Made by a program: the position numbers and the translations under genes | The notes under the pieces: model-generated | What the model saw: only the letters and a program-made list of their open reading frames with translations | Databases searched by the model: none | What the model was told of the DNA's origin: nothing | NCBI GenBank assembly: GCA_016748015.1 | Contig: JAAOMT010000595.1 | Span: 4,282 to 68,281 of the forward strand | DNA: 64,000 nt | DNA from: Geosiphon pyriformis uo1 | Lineage: Eukaryota; Fungi; Glomeromycota | Reading direction: 5' to 3' | Shown here: positions 53,155 through 64,000 of the stretch, in pieces | How positions within the stretch are numbered: position 1 is the first letter of the stretch | Layout of the letters: each line of letters starts with the position of its first letter

Positions 53155-55028
53155 TGGGAAGAAGAAGATGTCTGAAAACCCGAACTAGTGCACAACTGAT
53201 CTAACTTCCCCAGAATCACACCAACAGAAATATTGAGAGCCACCAACTTGAATTCCAGAGAACCCACCTTAGAGGTCAAAACTTTTGAACTACTCGAACC
53301 CAAATCCAAACCAATGAGAGGAAGTGAAAGTGCCACCACAGGATCATGTGAGGTATCATCCAAAATCATATCAAAACTGGTAGCTGCCGGAATGTCTAAA
53401 ATACTCAAAGAAGAAGGAGGGGAGGTCAAAGGCACCAGATTCATACTGCTGAGTCTGCACACAATACCAGAGATCTGATCAAGTAAGAGCTCCAAGGAAT
53501 GTTCTAAGGACGCCAAATAGGTATTCAAAGAGGAGTTGTCATTCGTCAACAGAGGAGGACCACCACCCAAATCAGAAACGCCAAGAGAAAAAACACCAGA
53601 ACCAAAACTAGAACCAGAAAAAGAACCACCAGAAGAGGATGCAAGAGACACCACTTGGGCTCATGACTTGTCACCAAAAGCAGCAGGGCGAGAGATAGAA
53701 ACATTCTTTTTCACGTACAGCCTGACCAGCTGAAGACAATTGGCATTGAAGGCAGGTTTTCTAGACAAAGACGGAAACTCGGGAGGTGACACATTTGAAG
53801 TGTTACATTCAAAAGCTGAATGACCAAGACGCTCACACTTCCCGCAACAAACCAAATCAAACCTGGTCCATGAAAGCCAAACACCACCAAGAATAGGCTC
53901 AGTAAGAAAAACCGAATTCAAATTATCAGCGGATTCAAAGCACATTACAGTACAATGAAACCTATTGCCAGTTTCCAATAAGCGATTAATAACACAAGTT
54001 TTCCCACCAACTTTATCCAAAAGAGTACCAAGATCATGCGCAGTTGTCCCCATTGGCAAAGTAAACAAAAGCGCTCTATAGTGATTCCTTGATGCCCAGA
54101 CATCACGATCTTCCACAGTTCTGGCAACACGCACTGAGTCTTTCCTGATTAGGAATGACCACTTTGAAGCTAACTGATCAGCTTGACTAGATTTGGCAAA
54201 CTCTACTACAGCCTTCTGCCACATTCCAATCAACTGAATTCTGATTGACTTAATTTCTCCAAATTCGGATACTGCGGTGACGATCATGTCCTTTGGTGTG
54301 TCCATGGGAATTTCCTTTAACACCACAGCCCAATCTGAATGCATTCCTTGTTTCTTGAGATTGGTGTTTACAACAATCCCTTTTTCTCTGGCCAATGATG
54401 CGGCCATTTCTATGCTCTCTTCTGAAGTAAATGTTGATCGGATAATCCCTTCAAATTTTGAGGAGGTAGTGGCCCCCCCAAAACCATTGATCTTTGAAAA
54501 AATCTTCCTGATTAATTGAGTTTTCGCCATCGCCGATTTGTCTTCAACAGCTGAAAGATTGATATCCAAGGCAAAAGATTTTTTAACTGTCACCTCTATA
54601 GGAGTTTTGATGATTTTGGGATCAATTCAGATCTTATCCAAAGGAACCTTTTTTATAAGGGGGGGCAGAAGGGGCTTCACCTCTTCATCCATCTCAAAGT
54701 CAGGAGAACCAATAAAAGAACCAAAATTCGCACCAGTATTCACACGTTTAGCCTTAAGAATGTTAACAGCTGAGTCCAAAAGAGAACCATCAAAACCACC
54801 AGACATACTGACATCTTTATCATCACCAGAAAGACTTTTTACATCAGAGTATATACTAGCACTAGAACCAGACTTCAAAAAAATATTCTTTTTATCACCA
54901 GAGTATTTAACATTACCAAGAGAAGTCTTCTTTTTTTGTGAAAAAAAACCACTGGCAGGACTATGAAACATGTCCTTAGAAGCCTTTTTACTAGACATGC
55001 TGTCACTAAGAGCAGCCTTTGAATCCAT
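53151..55028 (-). pseudogene. LINE ORF1 (RRM-like domains, CCHC knuckle, coiled coil)
   Basis: VVLKEIPMDTPKDMIVTAVSEFGEIKSIRI (RRM-like) and CGKCERLGHSAFEC (CX2CX4HX4C). Split by in-frame TGA codons. Confidence 0.85.
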
Positions 55029-57299
55029 GACAAAAGGGTTATTAGTTAAAGAAATATTGATATAATACTAATAAGAGAAAAACAAAAACTTCTTTTTCAG
55101 AAAATAACTCGTTGAGGTTTTTTTGGGAGTAAGAGAGAAAGAAGTTTTTTTTTGTTTTTTTTTATTTTTATTTTTTTTATTTTTATTTTTATTTTTTACT
55201 TGTAGTAAAGTAGTATACTATTTTTAATAAATTCAAAGAAAAATAAAAATAAAAATAGAATTCAACAAAAATTAATATTTGTAAAATAATCTTTATTAGA
55301 GATTATTTTTCCAAAAATATGAAAAGCTTATTTCAGATTTTTAAGTTGACTATTAATTTTGGCCAATATATTATAAATATTTTCTAAGTGATTTTATGTA
55401 TTTAATATTCTTTTAATATGTTTTTAATCTTGTTAAACTTGGGTCTTGTTTGTGTTTTTGTTGACATATTAAATATTTTGACTATTGTTTTTCCTCAACA
55501 GAAAAGTAATAATGGAAAAAAAATAGTGACTCTTTCAATTATTTATAGAGAACCAGATTATAAAGATGAAAGATTTCCAATTCTATTGATCTTAGTATTA
55601 GTAGATATTATAATACAAAGCTTAAAGAGCATATTGTTTAGCTTTTCTTGGAATAACAATTTAATTTTTTATCTTTTCTTCATTTTTATTTTATTTAATT
55701 GACTTTTTGTTCTTTATTATTTTTTTTTCTTTTTTTTGTTCTTTTTTTTTTAATTAAAAAACTATCATATATATACATATTTTGAGTTATACATAATTGT
55801 ACTTATTCTAATTGATTAGTAAGTAATTGCTAAGTTTTTGGGTCTTCTATTTGATTGTGAATACTTTTTGGCTTATTTGTTTATGATTATATTAAATTGA
55901 GCATATTTGTACATGATTTGTATATTATTGTATATACATCATGTTTTCTAATTTTATTCATAAATCTGTGCTATTTATACTATTATTTAATAATTAATTA
56001 ATATATTATGATATTATTACTTTTGATTTTTGTTAATTTCTATTGAATAATATTATTTTTTTCTTAAAATTGAGCTTTATTAAAATTGATGTGTATTTTT
56101 TTAATATTGATGTTTAACATAAAGTTCTGTATACTTGTTTAGATTATTTATTCTTGTAAGTTCTGAAATTTATTGTTGATAAGTTTTTTAATTCCATTAA
56201 GAGTGAATATGTTTATTTTATTTTTTAATAATACTTCTAAGCAATGTTAAAACAGAACATAGAGTTAGTATGCTGTCCTAAAATAGTGTTTAGAATTGCT
56301 TTTTTCAATTAGTTTTTCAAACTTCTAAAGTTTTGTTTTGTTGATTTCCTTGTTATTTTTTCTGATGTAGATTGTTTGAAAATTTAATTGTATAGCTATT
56401 ATAAAATATATATAGCAAGAAAAAACAATTAAGTTTATTTCTTCTTTAAATATTGTATTTCTTAAAAGCTAGAATTTTTTTATGATTTTATTAATTAATG
56501 TGTTAGCATTTTTTTGTTTTTTATAGTAAAAATTAAAATAATTTGTGTTTGGCTCATTTTTTTATATGACTGAATTTTTTTTTTTATAATATTTTAAAAT
56601 TATTAAAAGTAATTTCTAATAAGAAATTATTTTTTTGTAATAGCCAAAATAAAAATTGGAAAGTATTTATAATATCTTTAAATATATTTATAATAAAAAT
56701 AAATATTAAATAAATATTAAAATAAATTATTTTTATATTTTAAAATTTTAAAAAAATTTCTTTAATAGTTTAATGTTTCTGATTTTTTTAACTATTTTTA
56801 AGATTGTTTTAATTTTTTTTATATATTAATGAAAATATGGTTGATCAAATTAATTGTTTTTTAGATAATATTTAATGATTATTATTGTCTTTAAGTTTCA
56901 TAGAATTTAGTCAGAAAACATAATTGGTATATGTATTCCTAATTTAGACATTAACAGATCAGATAATTATTATTAATAATAAATTTTTAATTAATTACTA
57001 TGTGCAACTTTCTTTAAAATTTTATTACCTAAATGTAACTTATATGTTCTATTATCTAAAATATTGTAAATATAAAAGAATCTATCTTATTTGTTGTTAA
57101 ATTTTTCACTCTATTGTTTTTCTGCTTTTGTTTGATGTAATAAAACTTTGTTTTCTATTTTGTAGACAATAAATTATTTTGGAAGTTTGCTATTATATTA
57201 AACTTTTTGTTGTTTTTAGAAGTACTTGATATTATTAATTGTGTATTAGTAATTGTTTTTTAGTTTTTTTAGCAGTTTATAAGCCCATCTTTTAATAGT

Positions 57300-60200
57300 T
57301 TTTTGTAAGTTGTTTTTATTTATTGGTTCTGTTGAATAAATATTTATTATTAGTTCTATAGGTTATATAGCATTTTTTTTATATGTTAATTTGAATGATA
57401 TGAATTTTGTAGTATTATGTTTTAGTGTTCAATAAGCCAATAAAACTAAAAAAATAAATAAATTTTATTCTAGTTCTATTTTATTACTTATTTTTGCTAA
57501 TAATTCACATAATGTTCTATTAAAATATTCTATCAATCTATTTGTTTATAAATGATAAGATAACAAAAGAAATCATTTTATCTCAAAGTATTGACTGATT
57601 TTAGCAAGTAAATTGTTTACAGAATGAGTTTTTTGATCTAAAAATAGCTTTTTTGAACAACTATGTCTATAGATTAAATTTTTATACACAAAATCAGCAA
57701 CTGTTTTAATATCTGTGGTTTTAATAGTTCTTGCTTCTGGCCATTTTGTTAAATAATTTATAGTAACTGCAATATATTGGTTCCCTTTGGTAGTAATAAT
57801 TAGTGATTCTACTAAATTAATTTCTACTCTGTTAAATAGTTCTCCTATTTTAATGGATTATAATAGTTTAATTGCTTTTGATTCTTTCTTTTTTGACATA
57901 TATTGCAATTGTGAACATATTAAATAATATCAATATACATTTTTGGCCAGTAATACTAACTAATTATCTACTAAATTGTGGCTTTTTTTGCAAAATATTC
58001 TGTATTTAAATCTGAATATATGTTGTAAAAAATAATTTTCTTTTTAGTTTTGGTAATCACTCAAAATAGATTATATTAATAATATTAATATAGTTTATTG
58101 TTTTTAATCAAATAATATTTAGCTTGTTTCTGAATTTTTATTTGTTCTTTTAATGATAATTTTATTAGTAATTAAAAAATTATAAAGTAATATATCAAGT
58201 ATTAATATGCTTTGGTATTTATTTTGATCAGATAGTAAATAATTTTTGGTAATTATATATGTTTTATTTAGGATAAACAGTCTGTGTTTGTGTTTTTGGT
58301 TTTTTTTTTATAAATAATATTATATGTATAGAGTTGTAAGATAGTAACTTATTTGGTATAATATTCTTCCAAAAAATATTTATTTATTAACCAAATAAGT
58401 TTTTTGTAATCTGTGATAATATTGAATAGGTTATATAGCAAATATTGTCTGAAATATTTTACAGCTTATATAATTACAAGACATTCTACTTTATAAGTTG
58501 TGTAATTTTTTTTAACTATGCTTAAATCTTTGCTAACATATATAACTATGTATTTTTTTCTTTTTTTTTTTTATTGTAATAATACAATACTTAGATTTGT
58601 TCCAGAAACATTAATTGTAAATACAAATTTCTTGATAAAGTCGAAGTATACTAAAATAAAAGCTTTAATAAGTCTTTGCTTCAAGTAGTTAAATGTTTAT
58701 TTTTGATTTTTACTCTATTTTTGTTGTTATTAGTAGAATTTTAATCATTAATTAGCATGAAATTATCTTATAATCCTTATTATTAATTAGCATATATTAT
58801 TATTATTTAAATTATTACTTATTATTTAATTAATAATCTAACTGTACAATAAAAATTAGGATAATTAAATTACACAATATAGCAAATCATGTAATATTTA
58901 AAAATTTGCCAAAATTTGCCAAAATTTGCTAAAATAATGAATAATTTACCAAAAAAGTTAATAACTTAACAAAATAACTTGTAGTTTGTTAAAATATATC
59001 TTTTAGTTTATTAAAATTATAACAAAAAAAAAAGTTCAAATTTACAAACTAGTACTATAACAAGTTGTATAAAAAAAGAGCTTTTCTCTTTAAAAAAATA
59101 TATCTTATAAGAAAATAACAATCTTATTTTAGATTTATCTTTATTAGTACAATTTAAAATAAAAATATACTTTAAAAACTAATTTTTGAAATTAATTATA
59201 CTTAACATTTTTCGAAATTCAACTAATATTTTAAAATTGATTAGTTACTAATTTTAGTAAATTGTTAATGACCTCAAGTCTAAATAAAAAACGATTTTTT
59301 TAACAAAATTTTATATTTTTTATATTTTTTTATATTTTTTTTATTATAATTATTAGAGTAATTTACAGATAAAATTTCTGTAAAAGAGTTGATTTTTACA
59401 AAAAAATAACTACATATTTTTTAGTAAGCTTCCAGATAAATAATTTTTAAGAAAGAATTAATATTTACTATAATATAACTATACAAAGTAACTGGCACAA
59501 AATTGGCTATTTTACTTATAAGCCCAGTAGTTTAAATTATAGGAAATAATTTGAAGATAAATTCAGTTATTAGAGATTTAACAATTTTTAAAAAACATAA
59601 ATTCACAGCAAACAGACATTAATAATATTTAAGAAAAGACCAAAAATCTTTAGTAATATTGTGTTGTATTTTTAGCTAATAATTAATTTAATGGTTGAGC
59701 CACTATTAAGAAGTTTTTGACAAATATTTAGTATTATGAGGCAAATTCTAAAAATTTACAAAGTTCAATCAGATTTTAAATTTTTGACTTTCTTAATTTC
59801 AATAATATACTCTAGAAAAATAAGTTGTGATTTTCTAAAGAAGTATTTTTTGGAATTAAGTTTCAGTTTAATGGCCTAAAGTTTTTTAAAGACTTGCTAT
59901 AGATGTTTAAGATGCTTCTTAAATATTAGTAAAAATATATTTGTATTGTTTAAGTAGACCATTATAGATTTCCACAGAATTTTAAAATAGATAATATCTA
60001 TTAGCTATTGAAATATTATAAGAACATTAATTAATTCAAATAGTATTACATTAAATTTGTAATTGCTATTTTGAATTGTAAAGATAGTTTTTTTCTGGTT
60101 ATTAAAATTTATAGGTACTTGTCAATATTTATTAGTAAGATTTAAGATCAAAAACCATTTAAATTTTCTTAGAGTATTCAAGATTTTATTAATTTGTAAT

Positions 60201-63200
60201 TAAAGATAAAAATCTTTCTTGGTAATGTTATTGAGTTTTTTATAATTAATACAAAATTGGTTTTTTTTATTTTTTTTTCTATACTAAAACAACAGTTGAA
60301 TATTAGAGATTTATAGAAAGTTATATAAGTTTATTTTTTAATATTTAATTGATTTTTTCTTTTATAAAATTATTTTCAAATAGTAGTATTTAATAGATAT
60401 ATTGCTTAATAGATAATACATTTTTTATATGAATTTGATAATAAACCAAGTTGGTTTGTCTAAATTCATTTTTTTTGGTAAAAATGTCTAAGTATTTTAA
60501 AATAAATGCTTTTAATTATTTTTGTTGTAAAAAATTTAGTAATTCAAGATTAAACTTAATTAATTTTTCACTAGTCATTTGGTAATATTCAGTATTTGGT
60601 CTTAATAGAATTGGTTTAGTTTCACAATATAACACCAACTAAAAGAAGTCAAAGATTTTTTGAAATTCATATTAATGAGTAATATCTGTGTTCAAATATC
60701 CTAAAACTATATTTTCAGGTAAGTATATAATTTTTTTAAATAAGTTGTGAATAAATATTTCTATTTGCAAGTAGCTATAGTGTAATATATACAGATTGAT
60801 AAGACCAATTGAAAATTGTTCATAAAGGAAAATATGCCATTTGAATAAAAAATCTTCTTTTATTGTCTTCTTATATGTATTAAATAAGTATGTTCCAAAT
60901 AGTAAAATTGTAATTATTCTATCAATTCAGATTATGTTTAAATTTTTCTGTATTGTTTTTATATAGTTAATAAGTAATATAATTGTTTTTATGAAACCAA
61001 GATTTTGGGTTTTATGTTTGATCTTTTTTGGCTCTTTTTAGGTCTTAATAGTAATTAATCTGATAATTTGGAGTAAAAATAAGAAAATTGCATGTGTAAT
61101 TTTTTCTTTTGGTTTAATCATATATAATTAGTTTGATTTGTTATGTAATAAAACTATAAAATTTTTTGTATATTTAGAGTCTATAATTTTTTCTTTAATA
61201 TTAATTTTTTTCTTGGCTAAATTAAATCAAAAAACTATTTGTATTATGATTCTAATTGGTATTTTGAACACTAATTTTAGATCAATTATAATAACAGCAA
61301 ATGATTTCAACATTAGTGTTTGGTTTCTGGGATATCAAAAATCAAATTTAATATTAATTGAATATGATTATTTTGAAAGAATTTTTTAGTTATTATTAAT
61401 AAAGTATTTGATGTTCAATTTTTGTTGAAAATCAATAGAGATATACAAGTTGTCTGATAGCATTTTTATTTAGAGCTTTATTATAAGTAATATCAAAGAA
61501 AGTTTCTTTTTTATTTAGTTAATAATAAGAATAGTATAATAACAAGTAAGATCACATATGGCTTTTCTAAATTGCATATTAATTCAGTTGTATTCATTAA
61601 ATAAGATTTTTCTATATACAATATAAAAAGTTTCATTCTATTTTTTCAATTATTTTAAATATCTGTATGCTTTTTTGTAATATTAATAACAATAATAGTA
61701 AATGACTTGTTGGTTATCTTTATGTAAAATAATACAAGCCATTATAAAAAATAGATTTTTTTGGCAAATTAAATATTGTAATCTTAGTCAATAACTTTGA
61801 TAATATTAGAAACAAAGAAAGTGTAATAATATAAAGTTGAAAATTTGTTAGTTCATCCAAAAACAGATAATAGTTTTTTACAGTTATTTTCATTTTACTT
61901 AACCTGATATATTTTAATAGTTTTTATTTCCAAAATTTCTTTAAATTCAAATTAAAATGAATTGTTTGTGTAGAAATTTCTTTTAAAATATTAATACATA
62001 ACAGATATTTATGTGTATTGTTTTTGATATATTAGTTATAACTCTTAAATTAACCAATTTAAAGTGGTATTTGTTTTTTCTAACCAATTATTTTTGACTA
62101 GTGCTTGGTATTGAGTTGTATTTATAACTAATACTTTAATGAAGATGATTATTCTATTTATATTAAAAGAAAAGAAATTAATTTTTTCAATTATTATTTT
62201 TTTGGCTTTATCAGTAGTAATAATAAAAATACTGGTGTTCTTGTTAATTTGATGACCTAATTGGTTTATTAATTAAAAGGTAATAATACTTTTTGTTAAT
62301 CTGCTATTTAAGACCAGTTTGATAAATTTATTATCTGCTTTCACTTCAGTATACATGATAGTAATTGGTTTATTTTTAATTAAAGTGGTTTTATTAAACA
62401 AGATAAAAATGGATTTTTTTTCTTTAAGTTCAAAAGGAAATATGATAGCTAATATTTTATTATTAGTAATAATTGTAAGGAAAATTATACTGGTACTTTT
62501 ATTAATATTAATAGTAAGGCTTTTAATAGTGTTGATATTTTAATCTTTGTGAAATGTCATATTATAAAAATCCTGTGGTTTAGATAAATTAAAAAACACT
62601 TATTGATAATGTATAAATGCATTGTATTGTCTATTATTATTTGGATTTGGGTTTCATGATATCATTGTATTTGTTGCTAGTTAATTTAAGAAGTTTGAAT
62701 TTAAGAGTAAATAATTTTCTCTTTAACTTAAGTTCTAAGAATGTGGTCTAAGAGTTGGTACTTATTATGATTGTTGTAATAGAGCTAAGCATTATGGCTG
62801 GGCCAAACTTTGTTGTCATGATGGCTATTGCTAAGAATATTATTAAATTGGTACTGAGTATTAATTCTGAAATATTATGTATTGATTGTTAAAAAGTAAG
62901 TTCTATAAATTGTTTTTTTGCAAATTTTAATGAGACTGTAGTAATTGATATTCAGCTTTAATATGTTTGTACTTTTGACAATAATAACATATTAGTTTAT
63001 TCTGTTAATTCTTATTTAGATTTTAATAGCCATAATCTTGAAAGAATATTTGGTTTTGTTGTTATAGTGGTTGATTTTAGTTTGGTATTTAAGACCTAGT
63101 ATTAATAAGATAACTTTCTATTTTTTAAAATAATTTTTCTTCAAGTTGAGTAATCTTGTCTTTCAGTTTTTTGGTATTGTTATGATTTAAAAATTTAGCA

Positions 63201-63240
63201 AAAAGAATCATAAAATAATATAAATTATCCAATTATAATA
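57300..63240 (-). mobile_element. Decayed Ty3/Gypsy LTR retrotransposon internal region (gag, PR, dUTPase, RT, RNase H, IN)
   Basis: Minus-strand remnants: protease KLVLNSRLTKSII (~62300; cf. LILDSGS.GSII), dUTPase (61130-61370), RT MVYLNN (~59950; cf. VYLDD), RNase H start AFILVYFDFIKKFVFTINVSG (~58600-58670), integrase KGNQYIAVTINYLTKWPEAR (~57730-57790). LTRs were not identified. Confidence 0.85.
58720..59665. mobile_element. ~0.95-kb insertion interrupting Gypsy pol between RT thumb and RNase H
   Basis: pol reads ...VAQPLN*LLAKN at ~59670-59705 and resumes at FNYLKQRLIKA near 58700. The insert includes (aaaatttgcc)x3 at 58901-58930. Confidence 0.55.
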
Positions 63241-64000
63241 TAGCACAGTAATAATCCTAAAAAAGTAATGATTAACATAGTGGTAAGCATCATTTCACAA
63301 TAGTGGCAAACACCAGTTTACAATAGTGGCCAACACCAACTGGTAATAGCAGCAAACATCAAGTTAAGATACAAAAAAGAAAGTATTATAATGTGTTTTC
63401 TTGTAAAACTACAAACATGTATATATATAGTAGCTTTAATATTAAAAAAAACAATATCATCTAACATGTTATAAAACAAATCATAAAAACAATTTATCAA
63501 ACAATTCATTCAACAGTTTTACTTTAATTATCTTCTAGTCTTTATTTTTAAAATAAATATTCACAAAAATCTTTAATCAAAAAAAAATAAAAAAGAAAAT
63601 TGAAAACTAAATAATTACAACTCAAAGTGTTAAGAAACTTACTTGTATTATTTATTGAATGAAACTATTATTTATCAGCTAAATCTCTTGGAAGAATAAT
63701 TCTTGATCAAGATTATTTATATTATTACTAATTGATAAAACCTTTATTGTAAGAATTAAGAAAAGTATTAAAAGCTATTAATATTCTGTGTTTCTAGATT
63801 AGAAAAACACATTAGACAATTGCAAAAATAGCCTCAGAAAAGACTCCAAACAGTGGATAGATTTCAGTTCAGTCTTTGAAAAGGAGTATATAAACATATA
63901 CAACAATCAGAAATTGAGAAATAACTTACATTATGATATTAAAAAAAAAGTCTTTAATATAACAATAACATTATCAGACAAATAGAATTAAGGAACTCAC

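Larger units (their letters stand above)
48327..55200 (-). mobile_element. Near full-length non-LTR retrotransposon (LINE) with RNase H, inactivated by nonsense codons
   Basis: Poly(A) tail (T20 at 48327-48346), ORF1 from 55028, ORF2 from 53154. The 5' boundary is approximate and no TSD was found. Confidence 0.95.

Overview
Eukaryotic fungal genomic DNA. Short GT-AG introns, a Sel1 gene and the transposon protein style suggest Glomeromycota. The LINE and Gypsy peptides resemble ones I recall from Geosiphon pyriformis, but that assignment is an inference. The window is bimodal, with compact gene islands separated by extremely AT-rich blocks. The islands hold a Sel1-repeat protein, a mitochondrial carrier, a small coiled-coil orphan, a UPF0132-like membrane protein, seipin, an Old Yellow Enzyme, an LRR protein, chorismate mutase ARO7 and NST1. 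The AT-rich blocks look like junk but decode as transposon fossils decayed by C:G->T:A changes: several copies of an RNase H-containing LINE, a pogo/Tigger transposon nested in one LINE, a TIR-bounded MITE-like element, and a dUTPase-carrying Ty3/Gypsy. One younger, near full-length LINE lies at about 48.3-55.2 kb. The most notable feature, missed by the ORF track, is a pseudogenised IS607-type element at about 37.3-39.3 kb. It combines a serine-recombinase TnpA remnant with a Fanzor2/TnpB RNA-guided nuclease gene. It appears to contain a spliceosomal intron, has repeated end motifs, and escaped the AT erosion that destroyed its neighbours. Exon boundaries and fossil translations were read by eye and are approximate.
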